From positions 473 to 64,472 of the forward strand of contig JABXIM010000045.1 of the NCBI GenBank assembly GCA_013373085.1: 64,000 nt of DNA. The letters run 5' to 3'. The stretch is from Oceanospirillaceae bacterium. Its GTDB lineage: Bacteria; Pseudomonadota; Gammaproteobacteria; Pseudomonadales; Balneatricaceae. A program made the position numbers and the translations under genes. The notes under the pieces were generated by a model. It was not told where the DNA came from and did no database searches. It saw only the letters and a program-made list of their open reading frames with translations. Shown here piece by piece: positions 9,555 through 20,614 of the stretch (position 1 is the first letter of the stretch; every line of letters begins with the position of its first letter).

Positions 9555-10532
9555 GTGAAAGTCGCGATACCGGACGATTATCAGGATGTGGTGCAGGGGT
9601 TGGATTGCTACTCGTTGCTGGACGGTTTCGATGTCGTTCTGTATCGCGACACCTGCAGCGACGTCGATACGCTGGCGCAGCGGTTTGCCGGCGCCGATGC
9701 GCTGGTGCTCACGCGGGAGCGTACCCGTATCGATGCCGAATTGCTGGCGCGGCTGCCGGAGCTGAAACTGATCAGCCAGACCGGCAAGATTGCCGGCCAC
9801 CTCGACCTCGAGGCTTGTACGCGGGCGGGCGTTGCCGTGGTCGAAGGACAGGGCTCGCCTGTCGCCCCCGCGGAACTTACCTGGGCATTGATCATGGCCG
9901 GCATGCGGCGGCTGCTGCCGGCCGTCGAGGCGATGAAAGCGGGCCGGTGGCAGGTCAATATCGGCGACTGCCTCGCCGGCAAATTGCTGGGTATCTGGGG
10001 TTACGGCAAGATCGGCAGGCGTATTGCTCGCTACGCAGAAGCCTTCGACATGAAGGTGACGGTGTGGGGCAGCGAGGCGTCCCGCGCCGCTGCCGTTTCC
10101 GATGGTCATGCGGCTGCTGCAAGCCGCGAGGCCTTTTTCGCCGATGTCGATGTGCTCAGCCTGCATCTACGCCTGAACGATGCGACCCGTGGGCTGGTAC
10201 GCTTCGACGACCTGAGCCGGATGAGGCCGGAGACGCTTTTTGTCAATACCAGCCGTGCCGAGCTGGTGGAGCCCGACGCCCTGCGGCGGGCATTGCAGGC
10301 CGGGCGCCCGGGACGTGCAGCGCTCGATGTCTTCGAGCAGGAGCCGCTGATCGACCCCGGCCACTGGGCATTGCAGATGCCTCAGGTGCTGTGTACCCCG
10401 CATCTGGGGTACGTCGAGCGGCAGGGTTACGAGCTCTATTTCGGTACCGCCTTTGCGAATATCGTGGATTTTTTCGAGGGGCGGCGGGATGCGGTGATCA
10501 ATCCCGCGGCGTTGGGGGAATCGTACGGATAG
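9555..10532 (+). CDS. D-2-hydroxyacid dehydrogenase family protein
   Basis: GIWGYGKIG Rossmann motif, VNTSRAELV, ALDVFEQEP and TPHLGY. Confidence 0.9.
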   Translation: MKVAIPDDYQDVVQGLDCYSLLDGFDVVLYRDTCSDVDTLAQRFAGADALVLTRERTRIDAELLARLPELKLISQTGKIAGHLDLEACTRAGVAVVEGQGSPVAPAELTWALIMAGMRRLLPAVEAMKAGRWQVNIGDCLAGKLLGIWGYGKIGRRIARYAEAFDMKVTVWGSEASRAAAVSDGHAAAASREAFFADVDVLSLHLRLNDATRGLVRFDDLSRMRPETLFVNTSRAELVEPDALRRALQAGRPGRAALDVFEQEPLIDPGHWALQMPQVLCTPHLGYVERQGYELYFGTAFANIVDFFEGRRDAVINPAALGESYG

Positions 10533-10570
10533 AACTAAGCTGAGAGGGTAAAAAGGCACTGGAGGCAGCA

Positions 10571-11929
10571 GTGAAGATTACCTTTCTCGGCGGGGCCGAA
10601 ACGGTTACCGGTTCCAAGTTCCTGGTCGCCAGCGGCGACACCCGTGTGCTGATCGACTGCGGCCTGTTCCAGGGGTACAAGTGGCTGCGTGAGCGCAACT
10701 GGGAAACACCGTCGCTGGATATCGACCGCCTCGATGCGATCGTCCTGACCCATGCCCATCTCGATCATTCCGGCTACCTCCCCGTGATGTACCGCAAGGG
10801 ATATCGGGGGCCGGTATACTGCCACGACGGCACAGTGGCCCTGTGTGGCGTGCTGCTGCCCGACAGCGGCCACCTGCAGGAAGAGGATGCCCGCTACTAT
10901 ACGCGTCACCGGATTGGCCGGCATGCCCATCCGGAGCCGCTCTACGATCGCGCCTGCGCGGAGCAGTGCCTGTCGTTGCTGCGCGCCGTGCCGTTCGATC
11001 AACCGTTCCGGGTCGGTTCGCTGCAGCTGCAGCTGCAGCGGGCGGGGCATATCCTCGGGGCCGGCTCGGTCATCGTCGAAGGCGAGGGCAAACGTGTCGG
11101 TTTTTCCGGCGATGTCGGCCGGCCGGACGATATTTTCATGCGCCCGCCGGATCCGCTGCCGCCGCTCGACCTGTTGATGCTCGAGTCCACCTACGGCGAT
11201 CGCCGTCACGACCCCACCGATCCATTCGACCAGCTGGCCGAGGTGGTCAATGAAACGGCGCGCCGGGGTGGCGTGTTATTGATCCCGAGTTTCGCCGTCG
11301 GGCGGGCGCAGGTGCTGCAGCATATGCTGGCGAAATTAATCGACGATGGACGGATACCGAAGCTGCCAATATTCCTCGATAGCCCGATGGCGATCGACGT
11401 CACCGAAATCTACTGGCAGTTTCACGCTGAACACCGTCTCAGTCGCGACGAGTGCCAGCGCCTCGGGCGCCGGGTGCAGCAGGTCAAGTCTGTCGAGGCA
11501 TCGCAGGCGCTGGCGGATCAGGCGTTTCCCCATATCATCATCGCCGGCAGTGGCATGGTGACCGGCGGGCGCATTCTGCACCACCTCAAACGGCTGTTGC
11601 CGGAGCCGAAGACCAGCGTGCTGTTGTGCGGATATCAGGCCGGGGGTACGCGGGGCGCCAAACTGGAGCAGGGTGCTGAAGTCGTCCGGATACACGGCGA
11701 GTGGATACCCAATCGCGCCAATATCCGGATGATCGAGGGGCTGTCGGGACACGCCGATTATGTCCAGATGGGGGCCTGGCTGGCCAGGTCCCAGCTGCAA
11801 CCCTCAACCCAAATCAAGCTGGTCCATGGCGAGCCCGAGGCCCTGGAAGGGATGCGGGACTACCTGCGTCAGACAACGCCGTTTGACGTATCGGTCGCCG
11901 GGTACCGGCATATACTGACGCTGGACTGA
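10571..11929 (+). CDS. Metallo-beta-lactamase/beta-CASP ribonuclease-like hydrolase (Ysh1-like)
   Basis: LTHAHLDHSG, AGHILG, FSGD, ESTYG, PSFAVGRAQ, SGHAD and LVHGE. Confidence 0.9.
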   Translation: MKITFLGGAETVTGSKFLVASGDTRVLIDCGLFQGYKWLRERNWETPSLDIDRLDAIVLTHAHLDHSGYLPVMYRKGYRGPVYCHDGTVALCGVLLPDSGHLQEEDARYYTRHRIGRHAHPEPLYDRACAEQCLSLLRAVPFDQPFRVGSLQLQLQRAGHILGAGSVIVEGEGKRVGFSGDVGRPDDIFMRPPDPLPPLDLLMLESTYGDRRHDPTDPFDQLAEVVNETARRGGVLLIPSFAVGRAQVLQHMLAKLIDDGRIPKLPIFLDSPMAIDVTEIYWQFHAEHRLSRDECQRLGRRVQQVKSVEASQALADQAFPHIIIAGSGMVTGGRILHHLKRLLPEPKTSVLLCGYQAGGTRGAKLEQGAEVVRIHGEWIPNRANIRMIEGLSGHADYVQMGAWLARSQLQPSTQIKLVHGEPEALEGMRDYLRQTTPFDVSVAGYRHILTLD

Positions 11930-12058
11930 ATCATGAACCGGCCGGGAGGCAAGGCTGGCGGGGAATCGGCCGGCTTTGGCTCGAATACAATCAATCGCGG
12001 CGGAGCTCAAGCGCCGAGACGTTTAGTGGTCCCCGGTCTCGATAGCGGAAAGTCCCGG

Positions 12059-12640
12059 ATGCGGAAGAATTGCGTGAAGATGCTCGCGGCCTGTCTGGCA
12101 GCGGTTGTTTTGCCGGCGCTGGCCGAGCGGGCGCTGTTCGCCGGCGGTTGCTTCTGGTGTATGGAGCAGGCGTTCGAAGAGGTCGAAGGCGTGGTCAGCG
12201 TGGTCTCGGGGTTTACCGGTGGAGCGCTTGAAAATCCAACCTACGACGGCAATCACGAGGGGCATCTCGAGGCAGTCGCGGTCGAATTCGATCCGCAGCG
12301 GGTCAGTTACGAGGCGCTGCTGCGGGTGTACTGGCGCAACATCGACCCGTTCGACGACCGTGGCCAGTTCTGCGACAAGGGGCCCAGTTACCGTAGTGCC
12401 ATTTTCGTCGCCACTGCGCAGCAGCGGCGCCTGGCCGAGGCGTCGCGGCAAGTGGTCGTCGAGCGCTTTCCTGACCTCGAGGTGGTGACTCCGGTGCGGG
12501 ACGCCGGTCCCTTCTATCCGGTCAAGGAATACCATCAGGATTACTATCGCAAGAATCCGCTGCGGTACCTCTTTTACAAGACCACCTGCGGTCGCCCGGC
12601 GCGACTCGAGGAAATCTGGGGCGAGAGCGCGGTGCACTGA
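12059..12640 (+). CDS. msrA: Peptide-methionine (S)-S-oxide reductase, probably exported
   Basis: FAGGCFWCME and EYHQDYY; hydrophobic signal-like N-terminus; start chosen at ATG 12059 (uncertain). Confidence 0.9.
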   Translation: MRKNCVKMLAACLAAVVLPALAERALFAGGCFWCMEQAFEEVEGVVSVVSGFTGGALENPTYDGNHEGHLEAVAVEFDPQRVSYEALLRVYWRNIDPFDDRGQFCDKGPSYRSAIFVATAQQRRLAEASRQVVVERFPDLEVVTPVRDAGPFYPVKEYHQDYYRKNPLRYLFYKTTCGRPARLEEIWGESAVH

Positions 12641-12706
12641 GGCGACTTTGCGCAGCGACCGGTTTAAGCTACCGGCACAAGATTCGGTTCAGAGGGAGTG
12701 CTGACG

Positions 12707-13312
12707 ATGAAACTGTATTTTTCCCCGGCTTCGCCATTCGCGCGCAAGGTCCTGGTGGTCGCCCACGAAGCCGGCATGGCCGACCGTATTGAAATCCTCG
12801 GCAGCAAGGCCAGTCCCGTCGCCACCGACATGACGATAGCCGCGTCGAACCCGCTGGGGCAGGTGCCGTCGGTGTTGCTGCCCGACGGACAGCCGCTGCA
12901 TGACAGCCGGGTGATCTGCGAATATCTGGACAGCCTTGCGGGCGCCGGGCTCTTCCCCGCCGGCGAGGCGCGCTGGCCGGTGCTGACGCTGCAGTCCCTT
13001 GCCGATGGCATTCTCGACGCGGCGCTACTGGCCCGCTACGAGACCGCGTTGAGGCCTGAGCCGCTGCGTTGGAAGGCCTGGGAGGACGGGCAGATGCGCA
13101 AGATTCAGCGCGGGCTCGATCAACTCGATGCCGAGGCAGGCGGCTTTGTCGACCGGGTCGATATCGCCACCATCGCCATTGGCTGTGCGCTCGGTTATCT
13201 CGATTTCCGTTTTCCGCACTTTGACTGGCGCGGCGGCCGCGACAGGCTCGACGCCTGGTATGCCGGATTTGCCCAGCGCCCGTCGATGCAGGCGACCCAG
13301 CCTAAAGGCTGA
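12707..13312 (+). CDS. Glutathione S-transferase family protein
   Basis: MKLYFSPASPFARKV, NPLGQVP and DSRVICEYLD. Confidence 0.9.
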   Translation: MKLYFSPASPFARKVLVVAHEAGMADRIEILGSKASPVATDMTIAASNPLGQVPSVLLPDGQPLHDSRVICEYLDSLAGAGLFPAGEARWPVLTLQSLADGILDAALLARYETALRPEPLRWKAWEDGQMRKIQRGLDQLDAEAGGFVDRVDIATIAIGCALGYLDFRFPHFDWRGGRDRLDAWYAGFAQRPSMQATQPKG

Positions 13313-13330
13313 GCCGGTGCGGCGCAGGGG

Positions 13331-14479
13331 TTAGTCGTCCGAGTAAAAGACGCCCTGGTTGACCAGCTGGGTCAGTAGTTCGATGGCGAAATCGGTATCG
13401 TCACCGAGGTCGAGGCCACCGCCACCGCAGATGCTGGCGAACAGCGGACCCTGCTGGGTGCTGCCCTCGTAGCATTGGCCGTCGGCGAACAGCTGCCAGC
13501 CTTCCCCCTGACGACGAAACGCCAGGCGTGCGCCTTCGTTGCGGCTGAGCGAGCCGCCACCGGCGAGAAAGTCGCGCAATTCGTCCGTCGTGACCTTTTC
13601 CTCCGGCGCCTGATCCAGTTCCGGGTATTTGGCTTCGGTCATATAGCGGCCGAACCATTCGCCGAGCAGGGCGTCATCGTCGATATAGCGGTGCAGTGCC
13701 GCACGCAGTCTGCCGATGGCATCATCGCCAATCTCGGCCGGGTTGGCCTGCACGTCCAGGTCCGGGTCGCGATAACGGTCTTCCCCGCGCAGTCGCTCGC
13801 CGACGAAATCGGTGAAATGGCGCATGATTTCGGCGTGGGAGGGCGCGCGAAAGCCGACTGAATAGGTCATGCAGCCATCGCCGACGGCGAAACCGTTATG
13901 GCCGACCTGGGGCGGTACGTAGAGCATGTCGCCGGGCTCCAGTACCCAGCTCTCCTCGGCCGTCCACTCCGGCAGAATCATCACCGGCGCGTCGTCGCGG
14001 CGCGGCGAGGACTCGTCGTATAGGCCGCCGACTTCCCAGCGCCGCTGGCCCGCGGCCTGGATCAGGAATACGTCGTAGTTGTCGTAATGGGGGCCGACAC
14101 CACCGCCGTCGACGGCGTAGCTGATCATCAGGTCGTCGCGCCGCCAGTTGGGGATGAAGTCGAACTGAGCCAGCAGCTCGGCCGCGTCCGGTACCCAGTG
14201 GTCAACCGCCTGCACCAGCAGGGTCCAGTGGGACGCCGGGAGCGAAGCGAAATCCTGTTCGTCGAACGGCCCCTGGCGCAGGCTCCAGTCATCGCTGTCC
14301 GGCGACTGCACCACCAGTCGCGCCTCAACCTCCTCCTCGCAGGCCAGTCCCGCCAGTTCGTCCGGCTCGATAACGGGCTGGAAGTCCGCAAAGGCCTGGC
14401 GGATGAGCAGGGGTTTTTTCTGCCAGTATTCCCGCAGAAAGCGTTCGGGCGTCAGTTCGCCCAGATTCAGTATGTTCAT
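13331..14479 (-). CDS. roxA: JmjC/cupin 2OG-Fe(II) oxygenase, ribosomal protein uL16 hydroxylase (YcfD/RoxA)
   Basis: FLREYWQKKPLLIR, WRRDDLMISYA, GPHYDNYDVF (HxD), LEPGDMLYVPP..GH and YSVGFRAP. Confidence 0.88.
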   Translation of the reverse strand: MNILNLGELTPERFLREYWQKKPLLIRQAFADFQPVIEPDELAGLACEEEVEARLVVQSPDSDDWSLRQGPFDEQDFASLPASHWTLLVQAVDHWVPDAAELLAQFDFIPNWRRDDLMISYAVDGGGVGPHYDNYDVFLIQAAGQRRWEVGGLYDESSPRRDDAPVMILPEWTAEESWVLEPGDMLYVPPQVGHNGFAVGDGCMTYSVGFRAPSHAEIMRHFTDFVGERLRGEDRYRDPDLDVQANPAEIGDDAIGRLRAALHRYIDDDALLGEWFGRYMTEAKYPELDQAPEEKVTTDELRDFLAGGGSLSRNEGARLAFRRQGEGWQLFADGQCYEGSTQQGPLFASICGGGGLDLGDDTDFAIELLTQLVNQGVFYSDD

Positions 14480-14508
14480 TGAGAACTCGGTTCGGTTGGG
14501 AGTTATCC

Positions 14509-14583
14509 GTAGGCGCCGCGTCTTAGGTACGGCGAATTATCGGTGGTCGGTCATGTTATTCGCGACGGGGACGCCGCGCCCAC
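14509..14583. repeat. REP doublet (REPIN), family B (GTRGG.GCGGCGYCCCGYCGCGAA-like)
   Basis: Left GTAGGCGCCGCGTC..GGCGAAT; right reverse-complement GTGGGCGCGGCGTCCCCGTCGCGAAT; resembles 59804-59887. Confidence 0.6.
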
Positions 14584-14607
14584 GGCTCACTGCTCGCGGC
14601 TTCCCAT

Positions 14608-14859
14608 TTACCTTTTGATCAGTTCCTGCAGCTCGTTGGCAGCGCTTTCGAGTTCGTCCATCACCTTGCGCTGCTCCTTGGACGGCAGCGCGGCGGTGCG
14701 GTTGTTGCCCACCAGCCGGACGCACTGCTGGATGGTGTCGACGCAACGCTCGATACCGGCGAGGTTGTACTCGAAGTTGCGGCTCAAGTCGGCGAACTGG
14801 TGGATGCCATTACGCAGTTCGTCGGCCTGGGTCATCAGTTGCTGCAGTTGCTTGTCCAT
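14608..14859 (-). CDS. Hypothetical small helical/coiled-coil protein (83 aa)
   Basis: GAGG RBS, host-like codon usage and heptad Leu pattern; no family recognised. Confidence 0.7.
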   Translation of the reverse strand: MDKQLQQLMTQADELRNGIHQFADLSRNFEYNLAGIERCVDTIQQCVRLVGNNRTAALPSKEQRKVMDELESAANELQELIKR

Positions 14860-14951
14860 GGGCTACCTCGGCATTACCGGTCTGTTGTCATGAGTCGATA
14901 ACTTAACCCGGCAGCCGGCGGCCGGACAACAGCTGGAGTGCCGAGTGGCCG

Positions 14952-15680
14952 CTATTCCTTGCCCTCGGCGTCGAGCACCTCTTCGACCGATGCCAGGATG
15001 CCGCGCAGCATATTGAGTTCGGTCCGTTCCGGCCGCGAGCGATTGAAATAGCGGTGCAGCTTGTCCAGCACCCTGCCTTCATGCTGAGGGATGATGAAGC
15101 GGGTGCGGCGCAACACATGCTCGAGGTGTTCGTAGAACAGCTCCATTTCGCCTTGGCGAGGATATTCGGCACGGCGTTCCGGCAGCATTTCGGCGTTGTC
15201 GTGCGCCATCCAGACCTCGTAGCACAGCAGCTGAATCGCCTGTGCCACGTTGAGTACCGGGTAGTCCGGATTCGCCGGTATGTAGACATGGAAATTGCAC
15301 TTGGCGATCTCGTCGTTGTGCATGCCCATGGTTTCACGGCCGAAGACAATGGCGACTTCGCCGTCGCGCGATTCCGACGCGCACCTGAGGCCGCATTCGC
15401 GGGCGTCGAGCAGCGGCAGGTCAAAGGTGCGGTTGCGGGCGCTGGTGCCAATAACCAGCTGGCAGTCGGCAATGGCCTCGTCCAGCGTCGCGACCACGCG
15501 CGCGTCGGCCAGCAGGTCCTTGGCGCCGGCAGCGCGGGATTCTGCGTCCGGATGCGGAAATTCCAGTGGATCGACCAGCCACAGCTGTGACAGGCCCATG
15601 TTCTTCATGGCCCGCGCCGCGGCGCCGATGTTGCCGGGGTGGAAGGTGTTGATCAGTACTATGCGGATATTGTTCAGCAC
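14952..15680 (-). CDS. trmJ: SPOUT tRNA (C32/U32)-2'-O-methyltransferase, TrmJ/LasT family
   Basis: IVLINTFHPGNIGAAARAMKNMG, VIGTSAR, IVFGRE and LNVAQA. Confidence 0.88.
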   Translation of the reverse strand: MLNNIRIVLINTFHPGNIGAAARAMKNMGLSQLWLVDPLEFPHPDAESRAAGAKDLLADARVVATLDEAIADCQLVIGTSARNRTFDLPLLDARECGLRCASESRDGEVAIVFGRETMGMHNDEIAKCNFHVYIPANPDYPVLNVAQAIQLLCYEVWMAHDNAEMLPERRAEYPRQGEMELFYEHLEHVLRRTRFIIPQHEGRVLDKLHRYFNRSRPERTELNMLRGILASVEEVLDAEGKE

Positions 15681-15712
15681 AAGCTCTAGGTCTCAAGCTG
15701 GAGAAGCAGCAG

Positions 15713-16084
15713 GTCGAATGGATGGCGCCGCGTTACCAGCGCGCAACGGAGGTTGTCGCGGCGTAACCCATCAGGGACGTCGGGTGCCGTATTACGACAC
15801 AGACAGCACGCAGGATGGGTGGAAGCGCATTGCACTCTGTTTAGCCGCGCCCGAGCGTCATGGGCGCTGTAACCCATCAATGTTGCCCGATGAGTTACGC
15901 GGTGCCCGCAATACCAGCCACCCGGAAAGCAAGTAGGCTGGGTGACGGCGCATTGCCCAATGGTTGGCCGTGCCTGAGCGTCATGGACGCCGTAACCCAT
16001 CAACTTTGTCCGATGGGTTATGCGGCGCCCGAATTACCGACCACCCGGTAAGTATCTACCGGAGCGCCGCTCCACCCATCCTAC
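15713..16084. repeat. REP/REPIN cluster, family A (GTAGGATGGGT...GTAACCCATC), including a 123-bp tandem duplication
   Basis: Forward modules at 15713-15772, 15810-15878 and 15933-16001; reverse module at 16012-16084 ending CCACCCATCCTAC; units starting at 15810 and 15933 align throughout. Confidence 0.8.
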
Positions 16085-16096
16085 GGGTTTACAGCG

Positions 16097-17485
<1,389 letters not shown>

Positions 17486-17598
17486 TTACAAAAAAAGTGC
17501 GCGCATTATAGCGGAAAGCACCGGGCGCGGCATGCGTTAGTGGCCATTAAAAACAGCAACGGTTAAGCGGCAGGCAATCGTAGGATCGGTTTGGTGGC

Positions 17599-17710
17599 AT
17601 CGGGTGGAATGAGCGAAGCGAAATCCACCAACGGTTGCAACAAACGGGGCCCGTCTCGAACGGGCCCGCTATCGGTGGAATTGTCACCTTTGGTGCTCAT
17701 TCCACCCGAC
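17599..17710. repeat. REP doublet (REPIN), GGGTGGAATGAGC-type variant
   Basis: ATCGGGTGGAATGAGCGAAGCGAAATCCACC ... GGTGGAATT..GCTCATTCCACCCGAC inverted ends with an internal GGGCCCGT/ACGGGCCC hairpin. Confidence 0.7.
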
Positions 17711-17733
17711 TTACAGCCGCGCGGCGTTATCGC

Positions 17734-18411
17734 TCAGTCGTGCGCCTGCAGTCGCGCCAGCGACGGCCGTACCCGATGCTTGAAGAACATCAGGTGCCAG
17801 CGTCGGCCGCCGACCTGGCGCCAGAGCATGGCGGCGCGAATGCCGGCCAGCAGCAGGGCGCGGATCTTGGCGGCGTTCTCCGCATTTTGCAGGTGGCGCG
17901 GGTCGCCGCCCACGTTGATGCGGAAACTGAAGGTGCTGATCGTTTCCTGGTACAGGCTGGCGATGTTGGCGACGATGCTGCTGTGAGTGAAGACCTCGGG
18001 ATGGTCGAGCGGGTCCCCCTCCTGATCCTGGCCGGCGAAGTAGCGTGCCTGCTGGCGAATCTGTTCGATACGCTTGCCGAGCGTATCGAGCATCTGATCG
18101 TTGGCTGCAAGCTTCATCTGCAGCGTGATCATGCTGAGCACGTAGTTGATCTGGTTGCGGTTCTGCTCGCCGCGGCGCTTTTCGACCAGGTCCGAGAGGC
18201 ATTTGAGGCCGAGGCTGAGGTTGTACGGCAGTTCGCGGGCGCCGCCGTAGATCTCTTCAGTATTATGCGGATGGGTGACGAAAATACTGCGCAGGCAGGT
18301 TTCGTAGCTGTTCTGCGGCACCATGCCGCGGGTCGCGATCTGGTCGACCAGGCTTGCCGCCTGGCACATCGCCGCCAGTGCGATGGTCTGCTGATCCTGT
18401 TGCCGTGACAT
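17734..18411 (-). CDS. hflD: High-frequency lysogenization protein HflD
   Basis: TIALAAMCQAA and KIRALLLAGIRAAMLWRQVGG; conserved position between mnmA and purB. Confidence 0.93.
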   Translation of the reverse strand: MSRQQDQQTIALAAMCQAASLVDQIATRGMVPQNSYETCLRSIFVTHPHNTEEIYGGARELPYNLSLGLKCLSDLVEKRRGEQNRNQINYVLSMITLQMKLAANDQMLDTLGKRIEQIRQQARYFAGQDQEGDPLDHPEVFTHSSIVANIASLYQETISTFSFRINVGGDPRHLQNAENAAKIRALLLAGIRAAMLWRQVGGRRWHLMFFKHRVRPSLARLQAHD

Positions 18412-18412
18412 C

Positions 18413-19543
18413 TTATGCCTGCTCCGTGCCGGCCTTGCCGGTGTTTTCGATCACGCCGCCGCCGAGGCAGGTCTCGCCGTCGTAAACGACTACCGACTGA
18501 CCCGGCGTAACCGCACGCTGCGGTTCGTCGAAGCGCACTTGGTAACCGCCATTGCCGTCATCTTCGATCACGCAGTCCTGATCCGCCTGGCGGTAGCGCA
18601 CCTTGGCGCGGCAGCGGTACGGCAGCGCGGGGCGCTCGCCGTTGATCCAGAAAATATCGGAGGCGGTGAGCCAGTCGCTGTACAGCAGCGGGTTCTGCTT
18701 GCCCTGTACCGCAATCAGCACATTGCGTTCGAGATCCTTGGCCGCGGCGAACCAGGGCTCTTCCGGGTAATCCTTGAGACCACCGATTCGCAGTCCCTGG
18801 CGCTGGCCGATGGTGTAGTACATGAGGCCGGCGTGCTCGCCGATGACGTCGCCATCCGGTGTTTCGATCTTTCCGGGCTGGGCCGGCAGATACTGCTTGA
18901 GGAAGTCGGCGAAGCGGCGTTCACCGATGAAGCAGATACCGGTGCTGTCTTTCTTGTCATGGGTGACGAGATCATGCTCTTCGGCGATACGCCGTACTTC
19001 CGGCTTTTCCAGCTCGCCGACGGGAAACAGGGTCTGCGCCAGCTCCGCCTCGCCGACCTGGTGCAGGAAATAGCTCTGGTCCTTGTTGTTGTCGAGGCCC
19101 TTGAGCAGATAGGTGCGGCCGTCGCGGTCGAGCCGGCGAACGTAATGTCCGGTGGCGATCAGGTCGGCACCGAGTTCACGGGCATAGTCGAGAAAGGCGC
19201 GGAACTTGATCTCGCGGTTGCAGAGTATGTCCGGGTTGGGGGTGCGACCGGCACGGTACTCCTCAAGGAAGTGCTCGAACACGTGATCCCAGTACTCGGC
19301 AGCGAAATTGGCCTTGTGCAGACGGATTCCGAGACGGTCGCAGACCGACTGGGCATCGGCGAGGTCGGCGAGGGCGGTGCAGTATTCGGTGCCGTCGTCC
19401 TCGTCCCAGTTCTTCATGAACAGGCCTTCGACCTGATAGCCCTGCTGCATCAGCAGCAGCGCGGAAACGGAAGAGTCGACGCCGCCGGACATGCCGACGA
19501 TTACCTTTATTTCCTGGAGAGGGGTGTTCTGGGGATCGCTCAT
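18413..19543 (-). CDS. mnmA: tRNA-specific 2-thiouridylase
   Basis: [37 protein letters not shown] and [13 protein letters not shown]. Confidence 0.98.
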   Translation of the reverse strand: MSDPQNTPLQEIKVIVGMSGGVDSSVSALLLMQQGYQVEGLFMKNWDEDDGTEYCTALADLADAQSVCDRLGIRLHKANFAAEYWDHVFEHFLEEYRAGRTPNPDILCNREIKFRAFLDYARELGADLIATGHYVRRLDRDGRTYLLKGLDNNKDQSYFLHQVGEAELAQTLFPVGELEKPEVRRIAEEHDLVTHDKKDSTGICFIGERRFADFLKQYLPAQPGKIETPDGDVIGEHAGLMYYTIGQRQGLRIGGLKDYPEEPWFAAAKDLERNVLIAVQGKQNPLLYSDWLTASDIFWINGERPALPYRCRAKVRYRQADQDCVIEDDGNGGYQVRFDEPQRAVTPGQSVVVYDGETCLGGGVIENTGKAGTEQA

Positions 19544-20007
19544 AGAGGTGTCGATGGGGTCTCTGAATGTTCTACAACGAAGTCGAGCGGGAAGCGCCGG
19601 CCTGCCAGATAGTCGTCAATACAGCGTAGCACCAGCGGACTGCGAAGCTGCTCGTGGCGGGCGGCGAGTTCCTCGCGGGTCAGCCAGATCGCGCGAACGA
19701 TATCGCTGTCCAGTCGCGCCGTCGGGTCTTCCGACAGCGCCCGGGCGGTGTAGCAGAATCGGTAGTAGGTCACGCCATTGCTCGGCGCACGGTAGGTATA
19801 GAGTCCGACCAGGTGCTCCGGAACCACGTGCCAGCGCGTTTCCTCCAGCGTCTCGCGAACCGCCGCAGCCAGTATCGTCTCGTGCTCCTCGACGTGCCCG
19901 GCGGGCTGGTTGATGACGCGCTGGCCATCGGATATCTCCTCGACCAGGAGGAAGCGTCCGTCACGCTCGACGATGGTGGCCACGGTGGCGTGGGGTGTCC
20001 AGCACAT
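19540..20007 (-). CDS. nudJ: NUDIX hydrolase, NudJ-like
   Basis: WTPHATVAT and Nudix box [21 protein letters not shown]; ATGA overlap with mnmA; start reset to 20007. Confidence 0.85.
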   Translation of the reverse strand: MCWTPHATVATIVERDGRFLLVEEISDGQRVINQPAGHVEEHETILAAAVRETLEETRWHVVPEHLVGLYTYRAPSNGVTYYRFCYTARALSEDPTARLDSDIVRAIWLTREELAARHEQLRSPLVLRCIDDYLAGRRFPLDFVVEHSETPSTPL

Positions 20008-20135
20008 GAAACTTCTGTCCCGATGACTAAAGGCGCACACAATAGCATTTCTGTTACTATTTTGCCCCCTCGGGGTCCTGTGCGGCTGATCCGCCATTTA
20101 CCCCGATGCAGGGCGCCGATATCAAGGAGAACAGG

Positions 20136-20588
20136 ATGGCCGATCAGATCAGTATTCAGACTGCGGATTTCGATGTTGCGGCGTTGCACGAGACGTTACG
20201 CGCCGACGATGCCAGCTGCGGCGCGGTGGTGACCTTCACCGGAATCGTGCGCGAACTGGCCGGCGATGATCGACTGCGCGGCATTTTCCTCGAGCATTAT
20301 CCCGCCATGACCGAAAAGGCGCTGCGGCGCATCGTCGAGCAGGCACGCGAGCGCTGGGCGTTGGGTGAAGTGATCCTGATTCATCGCATCGGCGAGCTGC
20401 TGGCGAACGACAATATCGTCTTCGTTGGCGTGGCCTCGCGTCATCGCGCCGCCGCGTTCGAGGCCGCGCAGTTCATCATGGACTACCTCAAACGCGACGC
20501 GCCGTTCTGGAAGAAGGAACTGCTGCAGGACGACGAGCGCTGGGTCGAGCAGAAAGGCAGCGACCTGGATGCCGCCAAAAGGTGGTGA
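20136..20588 (+). CDS. moaE: Molybdopterin synthase catalytic subunit
   Basis: GAVVTFTGIVR, LEHYPAMTEK, HRIGEL and MDYLKRDAPFWKKE; AGGAG RBS. Confidence 0.93.
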   Translation: MADQISIQTADFDVAALHETLRADDASCGAVVTFTGIVRELAGDDRLRGIFLEHYPAMTEKALRRIVEQARERWALGEVILIHRIGELLANDNIVFVGVASRHRAAAFEAAQFIMDYLKRDAPFWKKELLQDDERWVEQKGSDLDAAKRW

Positions 20589-20614
20589 ACGGCGTGAAGA
20601 TGCTTGGCCTGTGC

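Noticed and set aside
15713-16084. CRISPR array
   Set aside because: The repeats are degenerate, alternate in orientation, have related rather than unique spacers and have no cas genes; this fits REP/REPIN.
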